Source: Octopus sinensis
Taxonomy: Eukaryota
Direction: 5' to 3'
DNA length: 26,409 bases
Assembly (NCBI RefSeq): GCF_006345805.1
Contig: NW_021834079.1
Coordinates: forward strand, 1-26,409
Shown: one piece after another, positions 1-10,110 of the stretch
How positions within the stretch are numbered: the stretch's first letter is position 1
Layout of the letters: every line of letters starts with the position of its first letter
Translations under genes and position numbers: made by a program
Notes under the pieces: model-generated
The model's database searches: none
Told to the model about the DNA's origin: nothing
The model's input: the letters and a program-made list of their open reading frames with translations, nothing else

Positions 1-1345
1 ACAGTTGCAACAAATTTGATAAACCACATTGGCAACTTAAGCCTTCGCAGACACTCAACGAGGTAGGCATGATCAACTGAGTCATATGCCTTCTTCACAT
101 CCACCCACATCGACACTAGTGAGTTTCCATGGGCTCTCGCGAGGCATTTGTTGATCAGTGCCTGCTCCTTAGCTCCCTGGCAATCCCGCCGAGTACCTAA
201 CTGGTTCTCGAAAAGAATTCCATTCACCTCCACGAAATCTCTGACCTCAGTAGCCACCACCTTAGTCATCAACTTGTACAGGTTGGGCATACAGGTTATC
301 GGACGATAATCTGTCGGAACGGAAGGGTTATCTACTTTAGGGATCAAATAAGTGACCCCAGTACATAACCACTCTGGAATCGAGCCAGGGTCTAGTGTAA
401 ACTGTTCGATTGCTCGACACATGCAATCATGGATAGGTTTGCAATTTTTTATAAAGAAATTATACACCTTATCGACCCCAGGTGTCTTCCAGTCAGAGAG
501 ACGGGTTACTGCTTCATCGAACTTCTTGCGGATATCAGAGACACCACAAGACTCGGTCATCAAGGGAGCATCGGGTCCAAAAAACGGAAACGACACACCC
601 TTGCGAGGACGTGCTTTTCACATACTCCCCCATGTGTCAAGCATTTCGGCCTTTTGCTGGGTACCCTCCTTCGTCTCTCCGTGTAACCGACGATAGAACA
701 CCCTGCGATTAAATTCAAACAGGTTGTTCTCCCGCCTGCGCTGACACCGAGACTCATGAGTTGAGAGCTTCTTCTGATAAACGAGAATCAGCTCCTCCCT
801 CTCTGCCCGGACACGCCTCAACTCGTTGAGGTCCCATTTGGCAGCTCGTCCCCGACGAAGTAAAGTACGCACCAAGGGGGGAGTCTTGCCCTTGACCCCA
901 TTGCTCACATTCAGAATGTGCCCAGTCAGCGCTTCCAGCTCGGCTTTCCTTGCGGCAATGTTTTCTCTCCATCTACTCTTTGGGGCAGGCATCTGGGTGA
1001 TTTCATCAAAAAGATTCTGCAGAGTAAACAAATCAATTTTATTAGTTGAGAAAAACAAAGAGTAATTTTATTAGTCGGCAAGCGTCAAACGAGACACTCT
1101 CCAGAGTCCTCTTAAGAACAGTTGACTGTACATAACTCTTTCGGGTCACTCTACGGTCCGCAAGGAGGACAACACGATTTGCAGAGAAATGCCTACTAAA
1201 TATCTTCCTAACTTGCAAGGGTAGCAATAACTCGCTACTCTGATGCTCGTGTTGTTCAGAACACGGGGGGCATCCTGTCGGCGTAACCGCAGCGAACCAG
1301 GAGGAAAGGTCTTGGTTAGCTTCTTCAGTCCATTCAAATTGAGAA
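1..1345 (-). mobile_element. R4/Dong-clade non-LTR retrotransposon, 5'-truncated, running off the window start
   Basis: The frame of the 618..1058 ORF continues past one TGA (618-620, at the expected W of GSMW) to base 1. It reads WKTPGVDKVYNFFIK, DYRPITCMPNLYK, CQGAKEQALIN and WVDVKKAYDSVDH (RT subdomains 0-3). The preceding YQKKLSTHESRCQRRRENNLFEFNRRVFYRRL block is typical of R4/Dong. A frameshifted upstream frame (EWTEEANQDLSSWF...) reaches ~1345. Confidence 0.85.
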
Positions 1346-2031
1346 TGCCTCTTATGGCAGAAGGGAACTGCGTCAGGCTGCAGTTTGCAAAATAGTGCCT
1401 ATAGTTTTTAATAATCAACTTCTACCTGTAAATGTCCAAGATTTCCAAAATTTTCTGGAATTGAATCGCCACTGTTGTTGTTCCTCAAAAGCAAGTTTTC
1501 CAGCGGAGTAAAACTCAGCACCTATCGTGAACAGAAAATAATACATATTCTGGAAATAAGTTTAACTTATTGCTAGAAATATCTAACGATTTAATTTGAC
1601 AGTTCTTTTATAGTGCAGAGAACTCGGTAATTTCGTTGTTTTTCAACAATTTCAATAATTTTGGAAAGCAACCCAAAAACAACTTGGGAAATGTGTTTAG
1701 TTTGTTAGAATCAAGTATAATAGTCTCCACGTTTAGCATGATTTTTATTTCTCGTGGAGTTATCCAAATTTTGTTAAATTTTGAGTGAAACGTATTTCAG
1801 ACAAGGCAATATTGTTATGATATATGGAAATTCTTCAAGATTACACTTATCCAGTGTTATCCAAGTAACATTAAAAGACAAAAGAAGAGCTTGAAATTTC
1901 GGATCATCAGGACTGATCCTGGATAAGTCAACTTGCCGTTTCTGAGATTTTCCCCTGTGACGAAGAAAGCATTTGAGCTTATTTCCCTGCAGTTGCTGAT
2001 CTTTGTTCGATTTATCGCTGTGATTTTCCAT
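1346..2031 (-). pseudogene. Leucine-rich-repeat protein gene, disrupted and 3'-truncated by the R4 element
   Basis: ATG at 2031. LRR units include ITLDKCNLEEFP, VETIILDSNKLNTFP, IKSLDISSNKLNLFP, LENLLLRNN and NCSLTQFP. GT-AG introns lie at 1544-1522 (23 nt) and 1425-1399 (27 nt). There are frameshifts near 1780 and 1390 and an in-frame TAA near 1610. Confidence 0.8.
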
Positions 2032-2335
2032 GTAAAAGTTCAATCAAATCCGAACGTGTAGAAAAATAATATTTTAGCCTTGGAAACTAAAACTAAGAAT
2101 ACAATGTTTATACTTTAAAGTTTTATTATTACAAAAAGTATATTTAATCTACCAACAAATACTAAACTCTCGCAGGCCAACATCTTTTTGCCTCCGTCGC
2201 ATTCGAAGCATCGGAGGTCGCCGGAATCACCACGACAGACTTCATCCACAATATCGAAGAAAGATCGCTCTCCGAAAAAGAAATAATACCCGAATATTAA
2301 ATATTCAAAATAAATCAAATTTGGACACTCGTAAC

Positions 2336-3737
2336 TTAGCGCAGGGTAGACCGGTCAACCTGCATCATCGAAGGGTGGACAGGGCGAGGCTCATCAGTGA
2401 AGTAATCATGAGTAAGAGCATCCTGAGCGGAAATACGTTTTTCTGGAGAATAGCGAAAAAAAGAATTGAGCAAATTGAATCCATTCACAGTAAGGTAGTT
2501 CCCAAACCTGTTCCGCAATGAGTTATAGCGATAGTCCGGAATTTTAATCATCTTCACTCCTTCCAACTCGGTGAACCCCGGCCAAATCTTCTCGTTCGGA
2601 GAGCCAAGGTCCTTCAACTACTTGATCAATACAACCTTAAAGATTGCGTGAAGTTGATCAATCTCCGACCTGGAGGTCCAGAGGGGTCTCATGAGCAGCA
2701 ATTCAGCAAACACACAACCAACAGACCACACATCAACCTTTGTCGAATATTTCTTGAATAAAAAACACACACATACCTTGATCCCCAACAACAACTCGGG
2801 AGACCGATACCACAGAGTCACAATGACTGGCGTGTAGTTCTTAAGGGGAGAACCATATTCTCGGGCGGAACCAAAGTCACCCAACTTGAGGACCCCCCGG
2901 TCAGTGATGAGTATGTTTGAAGTCTTAATGTCCCGGTGGAGGATCCAGTTATCGTGCAGGTGGGCCACGGCGGTAAGCAGTTGCCTTAAAATGCACTTGA
3001 CTTCTCCAATCCTAAAGGGTGACTTGCGAGCCTCGATTAGCGACTTTAGGTCACTTTGGACGAAATCCATAACCACGTATATTCGATCCATATGTGACCC
3101 CACCACAATTTCCCGCACTCCCACAATGTTCTCGTGGGGGGCTTTCAACAAAGTAGATACCTCACGAAGAGAGGTTATCGGAAATCCATCCTTTTCATTC
3201 TCCATCTTGAGTCGCTTCAAAGCCACCAACTCGCCCGTGGTTTTGTCACGTGCCTGGAAGACCACTCCGTAACTCCCCTCCTCCACCCGAGACAGGTTTT
3301 CATACTCTTCCACAAACCGACACCCCTGAATTGCCGGGAAATACGACGCGAGTTTTTTTTCTGGGAATTTTTTTTGAGGGACAGCAATCTCTTCGGCAAC
3401 AATCTCTTCAGCAACAATCTCTTCGGGACTGTCCTCGCTGTTGTCGCCCTCTTCCTTTTTTTCTAATCAGATCTAACGATTTAAAAACTATACCAATTTC
3501 AGTCTCGCTCTCTGAGTTTTCAGACAAAGGAATGTCACGGAAAAATCCACGACGCTCAATCCTCATTTGCTTGGCACGGATTACCTTCCTTGCTAACAAT
3601 TCTGCAGAAAAGTCATTTTGTCCGCGTTTCTCTGATTCGGTTTTTAATGAGATTTTATAGTCTAGTTCGTTCTTATTGGATTCAGAGTCTGCCTCGGATA
3701 CTTCTCCATTTTCTAATAAAATCTTGAATTTCGACAT
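2336..3737 (-). CDS. CDK11: Cyclin-dependent kinase 11 (PITSLRE kinase), 4 exons, 440 aa as spliced
   Basis: Exons are 3737-3494, 3462-2777, 2752-2636 and 2611-2336 (1323 nt, open). Introns are 31, 24 and 24 nt. Motifs: YFPAIQGCRFVEEY, EEGSYGVV, GFPITSLRE, HRDIKTSN, DFG, VTLWYRSPELLLG, DLGSPNEKIWPG. Splicing restores LLGIK-KYSTKVD and IFK-DLG. Confidence 0.95.
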
Positions 3738-3831
3738 TGATACACAATACTACAACAAGATAGAAATAATAGTTATTATTAATTATATGATTTCCATTCT
3801 ATAATCAAGAAAATATTTTTTTACTTATAAG

Positions 3832-4360
3832 ATAATTTTGAGTCCACTTCTTTTCAACCTCGTCTTGTCGGACATTCCCCTGCCGTCTGTATGTACTGGC
3901 AAGCTTGTCATCTACACTGATGATATCCTGGTTATGGATACCTCGAAAAGGATATCACAGTCTTGGAGACGATTGAAGTCGTACATTGCCGAGTTAAAGA
4001 AGTGGACTGCTGAGAAGGGCTTGACCATAGCCATCGAGAAGAGCACCATTTCATGGACGCGAAGAGGAACACGTTGTGCAGCTACGTATTCCTATGCTAT
4101 GAGTGGTTATGATATGGATCTTTTCAAGAGTTTGAATCTAGACTATTTCGGAGTAATAGTCAACTTCTGTGGTTCGTGCGCCGACCACGTAGCTAAACAG
4201 AGGAAGAAGAGCGTTAGAATCCTCAGAAGCTTAACCAGTTCCATCTGGATCCGGAAACTTACATCTACGTCCACAAAACATGTCTACAGCCAGTCCTCAC
4301 ATATGGCTAGAGTGACTACCTTGTCGAACAGTTGGAAAAAACAAAACGTTTCGGATTGAA
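3832..4360 (+). mobile_element. Decayed non-LTR RT fragment (I/Jockey-group-like), domains 5-7 onward
   Basis: LSPLLFN...LVIYTDDILV (degenerate YADD)...WTAEKGLTIAIEKS...LDYFGV...RILRSLTSSIW. No upstream RT domains are present. Confidence 0.75.
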
Positions 4361-4494
4361 ACTAGCTTATGGAGTACAACTTGACGGAAGGCTAGAAAAC
4401 TCGCAAGAATCTTCTGTCCCCACGATCCGGATGGTCTTGGAGAAATGTTGTCAACACCGACATGAAAAAAAATCTCAAACTAGGACGTTAATCA

Positions 4495-5210
4495 TTTGAC
4501 TTGGCCTTAAGACGTGAAAACTACTATAGACAAGAGAAAATAAATATGCAAGCTCTCCACGTGTGTAAAATTAATCGACCCGTTTTTTTCACGAAAACAG
4601 TCCCCTAGAAAATATTAACTTGTTCGGTGTCATTTACATCCTTCGTTTTATCTCAAACTAAGGATCCACTTGACGTGGTCTTAAGATGTAAGACCTGTAA
4701 TAGAAATTAGAAAATAAATATGCGAGATCTCCACGTATGTGGAACCAATCAACATGATTTTTTTAGGGAAACAGTCTCACGTGCTTTTCGACAATATTAA
4801 CTTATCGACCACTTCGACATTTATTCTACCATCAAAAACTAAAGATTCGTGGTACGTCGTCTCAAGATGTGAGACACTCTATAAAAATCAGAAAATAAAT
4901 AGGTCGATTGTTGGGACACACGAGTTGAACTTGAGCATTGATTTTCTGATTTTCGGAGTAGGTCTTAAATCTTAAGACGAAGAATTGTGAAAGCTTAGTT
5001 TAAGATTGTAGAAAAGTCAAACAAGTTAATATAATTGACGATTTTCCTTTAAAAAATCAGGTGGATTGGTTCCAAGCACGTGGAGAACTTCATAATGATA
5101 TCTTAATTTTCATTATATGTCTCACATTTTAAGAAGACGTATTGTGAAGCTTTAGTCTGAAATAATAGGAAGGATGCCGAGAAGAAAGAACAAATTAATA
5201 TAGCGTTTAA
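4495..5210. repeat. Foldback structure built from a degenerate ~175-180 bp subrepeat
   Basis: Forward units carry TTAAGAYGT..GAAAATAAATA..CTCCACGT..AATATTAACTT at ~4508, 4681 and 4862. Inverted units follow 4941. The core inverted pair is AAAATCAGAAAAT (4884-4896) and ATTTTCTGATTTT (4941-4953). Confidence 0.7.
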
Positions 5211-5319
5211 CTCATGACGTCGAAGAGAGTCAGTTGAATGTAGTACGAGTACAGTAGAGGCATCTAACGTGTAGATCTCCTCCCACGTAGGGACCGATCG
5301 CCATTGGTTATTATATTAC

Positions 5320-5620
5320 GCAATATATTATTATAGGCACTTTTGCGATGCCATGGATCATGACAAAGCTTGTGCAGCACAGGAAACAATAAGAGTAATT
5401 AGTCTATTCCATTTCCCGCGATCTTGGGCAACGTCCCGTAGTGCATCGAGATCGTCCCCGGCTTTCAATTCTTTACGAGCCCTCTTTAGGTCTCTATCCA
5501 GCGTACCTGGGAGAGTATTTCTTGGTCGCCCACAGAAACGATGACCCCCAGCTTCGAAATAGTCTGTCGCGAGCGCTGAGAGCGATGACAGGTGATTTGA
5601 CAGCTGCCAGCATCTGTCAT
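5320..5620 (-). mobile_element. RTE-clade LINE 3' end fragment
   Basis: RFCGRPRNTLPGTLDRDL...DDLDALRDVAQDRGKW is the RTE C-terminus and parallels 11764-11950. It is followed by a GTGCCTATAATAAT 3' tail like the one near 11724. Confidence 0.8.
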
Positions 5621-5654
5621 GATAAATATATAACAAACTTCAAAAAAGAAATTA

Positions 5655-5835
5655 AAGATAGCTAAGTAAATTAAAGGCCTCACGAGACACCCGGCCAGCC
5701 TCGCAAATGGCGAAGCCGTTCCCTCGGATCACAGCAATCGACAGACGTTCCAGGAGCCAAGAAAACTCTCTTGGATCGTGACTAGTCCTTGAAATCCGTC
5801 GACCGAGCGAGCGAAGGAAGCGGAGTGTCTTGGGG
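5655..5835 (-). mobile_element. CRE-clade retroelement 3' end fragment
   Basis: FGPKTLRFLRSLGRRISRTSHDPREFSWLLERLSIAVIRGNG is the CRE/RLE C-terminal helix. About 100 bp are nearly identical to 6476-6575. Confidence 0.8.
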
Positions 5836-5889
5836 CCGAAAAATTATAAATATACATAATTATCATAAATTGATTCACTTTATTAAAAA

Positions 5890-6350
5890 AATTATAAATT
5901 AAGTTTCGAAATAATTTGGGCAATCAGGTGTTAAGGAAAATCCAAAACGTTTTGATATGGAAGAATTGGAAGTTGGAGAAAATCCAGACATTTATAATAA
6001 AGGTTTTTTATTGTTATTTATTAGTAAAAATGATGAGTACAATTTAATTTTGAGAGGATGAATTTGGAGTCTTCATATTATAGAAGAATGAATAGGAAAA
6101 TGGGAGTCCATCGATCAAAATATGAGTTAGATGTTGGACATATTGTATTCTATTTTTAATTACTTAAAGGTTCGTGTATAAAAAGATTATGGGACGAATC
6201 CTTCTCTTCGATTAAAAAAATTTGAACATCCGTATGGGGATCCAGTAACTATTGTCGAGAAATTGTCTAACAATTTTGTCAAAGTGCTAGGTCTATTAAG
6301 AAAGTTGATTCAAGGCGACTAAAAAAATTCAAGAGGACTTAAATAATTGT
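5890..6350 (+). mobile_element. Ginger2-type transposase C-terminal relic with a micro-intron
   Basis: YYRRMNRKMGVHRSKYELDVGHI, then a 25-nt intron (6145-6169), then VRV*KDYGTNPSLRLKKF. This matches GVHRSKY..GDK|IRIKKDYGTNPSL at 24270-24390. Confidence 0.75.
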
Positions 6351-6435
6351 TAATTATTATTCTTTCTCGATCGCGTCTAATTCTTTCTCGATCGCGTCGG
6401 CTTCCCGTCCATGAAGCTTTCAACACTTGACCGAA

Positions 6436-6577
6436 TTTTTTTTTTAAACAAGAAAGAAATTAATAAGTTAATTAAAGGCATCACGAGACACCCGGCCAGC
6501 CTCGCGAATGGCGAAGCCGTTCCCTCGGATCACAGCAATCGACAGACGTTCCAGGAGCCAAGAAAACTCTCTTGGGG
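6436..6577 (-). mobile_element. Short CRE 3' retrocopy with poly(A)
   Basis: Near-identical to 5676-5773. It has a T-rich 3' UTR and a T11 run at ~6436-6446, which is a poly(A) on the minus strand. Confidence 0.7.
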
Positions 6578-6749
6578 TTAAGGTTTAACTCTCTTGCCAA
6601 GAAAATTCTTTTTTTGTAACAAATAAATTCATATTTCTTCAAAAAAAATTATCATTTATTAATTGTCAATAATTGACCTTAGTTAACTTTGATGTAATAG
6701 ATTTTTTTTGTTAAAATTTTTTTTATTTAATGGAAATTGTTAAAAAAAT

Positions 6750-8818
6750 CTAGCTATTAAGTACTGGCTCGCAGAATTGAAAGACAATTCCCGCGTAAAA
6801 CAGCCAGCGAGATCCTCTGAATAAGGAATATAAATTTCCTGGGATCTCGGGAGCGATAGTTGCACAGACGGCCAAGTTTCTTAAGGTGAGCAAACGTCTT
6901 GGCCCCCAAAACATAGGAAGTCTCGACGGCAATTGTTCAAAACCTAAATCGGTCGCGCAAATCCTTGTATTTCGTTAATTTCGCGAATTCGGCCTTCTCG
7001 GCCGACGAACCGGGGCGACAAGCCGTGGAATTCAAGGCTTCCTTGGCGAAAGAGTCGGCACACATGACGTCCCAAACGGAGTGAATCCTTATCGAGAACA
7101 GTATCCAAAAGCGGAGAAAAAAGTACATTCAGCCAGGAGCCTGAGTATGGCTGACAGGCGGAACGGAAACAAGACAGTCTGTGTTGGTCGAGTTTTGTCC
7201 CAATCTCGCTGAGAAAAGATATCGGAAGGGACTTCAGAGAAATTTTGTTTCCAAAGTGCAAGGGTCGAATCGATATCAGAGTCCAACGATGATTCAGTAG
7301 TTTTTTCCAGAATCTTTTGGACAAGGAGATATGATCCAGACGCCGAAAAAAGAAAGGCAGGAAGAGCCAAATCAATACTGGAACGGAGGCCCAGACCCCC
7401 GTGACTCAAGGAAGTTTAGCCTGACACCAGGCAATATCGTCGAAATGCACATTAAGAATTTTCTCCGCAGAACTCGAACGAATTTATCATATGATTCCAG
7501 CACTTGCGTGACATAAAAACAAGGAGAGCTCCTCAGGATATAAATAATTTTTGGGATCAAAAGATAATTCTTGCGGATGTAGAATGAAGGATGAGGATCA
7601 ATGATAGAAAGTTTTTCACAAAGAGATGCGATAAGATTTTTTTGGCGAGGAGGATTCGTGTAGCTGAGTCGGCGAGAATCGGTGACCCCAGAATTTCCAG
7701 ATCAGACAGAAGTGTCTGTCTCAACTCAGGAAGGAGTCCACAGAAAAGAGAGAAGAAGTTCTTAAACAGGGATGGCTCAACAGAGAAATTGACAATCTCA
7801 GACTTGCTGGAATTAATGTCGGATAACGCCGAAATTAGAATGGCCAGGTCCTTCAACAAAACACCAGGTGGACCGCCCAGGGTGCAATCGTCGAGATACC
7901 AGAGATTAAGGAGTGATTCATTAACCCGGGCAATGGGATCCACGGCAAGAGCGAAAAGTAATGGTCCCAAAGGATCACCCTGTTGGACGCCACAGGACGA
8001 AGAAATGAAAAAACCGCCGGCGATTAAAAGTGATGGAAGCGAGTACGAAAGTGAGATAAAAGGAAGCAAGTGTGGAACACGGTCTTGACAGACCTCCAAC
8101 AAATAGCCACGGTCCAGAGAATTGAAAGCATTAGTTACATCCAGTTTCAATAAGGCAAGGGGAATATTGGAACGAATAGAAGCGTGAATAAAACAACGAC
8201 AGGCATAGACAAAAGACTCGCAGCCGCCAGGAACACCCACACCCAAATGAATGGGCTGCAGTTGCTCGCCAATAGAAGGGATAACGGACTTGCAACAGAT
8301 TTTCGCAAATAAACGACGAAAGACATTTCCAACAGGAATAGGCCTGATACCACCATCTTTCTTGCCCAAAGCTGTAAGATTCGCGGAAAAGAACAGAATT
8401 CTAGCATGGTCAGAAATTTTGCCGCTTAGAAATAAATTGCACAAGTTAGTGCAAGCATTCAAGAGGTGATTCCCGGTATCACCAGTTGCGGAAATTAAGT
8501 CTCTCAAATGAATAGGGCGGAGACCGTCGATACCTTTGCTACTGTTACCCCTAAAAAAGTTTAAGACGTCCAGAAGTTGTTTGGAAGAAACAGAAAAGGG
8601 AAAACAGGAGGAATGGGCCATATCAAAGGTTACTGGTTTTCTAATAGGGTGCTTTTCCTTGAGAATGCGAGCAACATCGGGGGTGATTGTACGGACAGAA
8701 TCGGAAGATGACAAGAGACGAACAGCCGCGCTGACATCATGCGACATTAGACAGGAGTTAATCAGAGACCGTAAACGTTTAGAAGCGTCCTTCGACGAGA
8801 GCATAGCGGTAGATTTTA
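6750..8818 (-). mobile_element. CRE-clade non-LTR retrotransposon (copy A), 5'-truncated, frameshifted, internally deleted
   Basis: RT ORF 7557..8804 has FFSANLTALGKKDGGIRPI, LDVTNAFNSLDR, GVQQGDPLGPLLF and WYLDD. Later frames give GGLGLRS and QHRLSCFRSACQPYSGSWL, then WDVMCADSF..KAEFAKLTKY..VETS..QRISLAVLRGN. The zinc knuckle and RPDG are missing at ~7090. Confidence 0.92.
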
Positions 8819-8821
8819 AAT

Positions 8822-9060
8822 GGGAGAGAAACGGAAGATAAAGAGTGAGAAATACGCTAAAATTGGAAATGACAGAGTGTTTGTCCCCTTGACTGTTGAG
8901 ACGTCAGGAATACAAGGAACCTTCTACTCGGAGCCTACTCCTGCGGATTGGCTCACTAATGGAAAAGGTTACCGGCGATCCGTCTAAGCACCGGTATTTA
9001 ACCGAACGAATATCCATAGCCATAGTCAGAGGCAATGACCAGTTTTCTCTAGTCTTTTTA
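8822..9060 (+). mobile_element. RLE-type (CRE-like) retroelement C-terminal fragment, head-to-head with copy A
   Basis: EKRKIKSEKYAKIGNDRVFVPLTVETSG...VTGDPSKHRYLTERISIAIVRGN. Confidence 0.75.
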
Positions 9061-9139
9061 TTAATAAATGTCACCGTCCAGACCGGCCGGGGTGCCAGAT
9101 CGGTCACGTTCAAAATTAAAAAAAAATTATCTTTTTTTT

Positions 9140-9236
9140 GGGATGATTTTTTTGGGATGATTCCTCTGGATTGCATGAAATTGATAGCTTCTGACATATT
9201 TGTGGGTAGATTGAATAGATTGACCTCACTTCTCAT
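9140..9236 (-). mobile_element. Possible Merlin/ISXO2-like transposase N-terminal stub
   Basis: NLFNLPTNMSEAINFMQSRGIIPKK resembles the EAIxFLQxRGILP start of eukaryotic Merlin transposases. No DDE core or TIR is visible. Confidence 0.3.
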
Positions 9237-9339
9237 TTAAATTAAAGTAGCGTGGGATTTTATTATTTTTATATTGTATTATTTTTAATTATATATTTTT
9301 TTTAACTAAAAAAAATATAGTTTTTTTAAAATTCGCTAA

Positions 9340-9845
9340 AAAGTGGCCGCCAACTACTACATATGTACCGTAAACCATTCCAAAAAAATGATATGTTTAT
9401 TTGAAAGTAATTTTGTTTGCGAACAGTTATTTTTAAAAATGAAAAACACGAAAAACAATCATAGAACAGAAATTACTGATAATCATCTTAAATTACTGAT
9501 AATCATGTTCCGCCTCTTAATTAGTGATTTCTTTACCTTATAAACTGTCTAAATTCAAAAAAAAAAAAATCATCTTAATGTTGTTTTAATTTTAGCGTCC
9601 ACGACCTATGCACCCAATATCGATGAACTCCCGAACAATCCAAAGTAGTCGATTGAAAGAAGGACAAATGACAGTATATGAAAAATTAAACAGCAAATTC
9701 ATTTAAAATAAAATTTACACGTTGTTTGGATAAAGTTTTATTCAATTAATTAATATTAGCCCTAAATAAGTAAAAAAATATCCGGCCCGCAGACCAATAA
9801 TTTTTTATAATCCGGCCCGTGAAGTCGAAATTCTGCCGACCCCTG
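9340..9845 (+). mobile_element. hAT (Buster/SPIN/Charlie-type) transposon 3' relic with right TIR
   Basis: LFESNFVCEQLFLKMKNTKNNHRTEITDNHL matches the hAT dimerisation-domain pattern FGSTYxCEQLFSxMKxxKxxxRxxLTDxHL. Subterminal TCCGGCCCG occurs twice (9781, 9811). The TIR TGCCGACCCCTG (9834-9845) reads CAGGGGTCGGCA on the other strand. The flank CTTTATAA fits the Buster NNNTANNN target. Confidence 0.85.
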
Positions 9846-10110
9846 CTTTATAAGAATGGAATACTCAATTCGATTGAAAGTAGGGAGCATGTTAAAATCG
9901 AATGACTTGAAATTTTAATAATTAAATAAACATTCATTTTTATTTTTTGTTAAATTCACTCTTAGTAAAACAAGCCATCATTAAATTATACAAATTTTTT
10001 GCTTTTGTATTGAAATTTGTTCAATTTTTGAGTATATATTTTAACCATTTTTGTTAAGCTAAAATTAAATTTAAAATAAACGAACATCAATAATAAATTA
10101 CATCAAGAAA

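Noticed and set aside
618-620. TGA at a conserved Trp as evidence of an alternative genetic code
   Set aside because: It is a single case. Nearby Trp codons in the same ORF are TGG, so a G-to-A mutation or sequencing error is simpler.
2119-2286. Plus-strand open stretch ending HRRSPESPRQ..DRSPKKK*
   Set aside because: There is no start codon or supportable upstream exon, and no recognisable family.
2335-2359. Possible fourth CDK11 intron GTTGAC..CTAAG (25 nt)
   Set aside because: It is GC-rich unlike the other introns, and removing it gives no better match to the CDK11 C-terminus.
6359-6398. 21-bp tandem ATTCTTTCTCGATCGCGTC(TA) after the Ginger relic, as a possible TIR module
   Set aside because: There is no ACA terminus, no matching left end and no TSD.
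8818-9060. Twin-priming 5' inversion of CRE copy A
   Set aside because: The inverted piece is a 3'-terminal region that differs from copy A's own 3' end, so it is a separate insertion.
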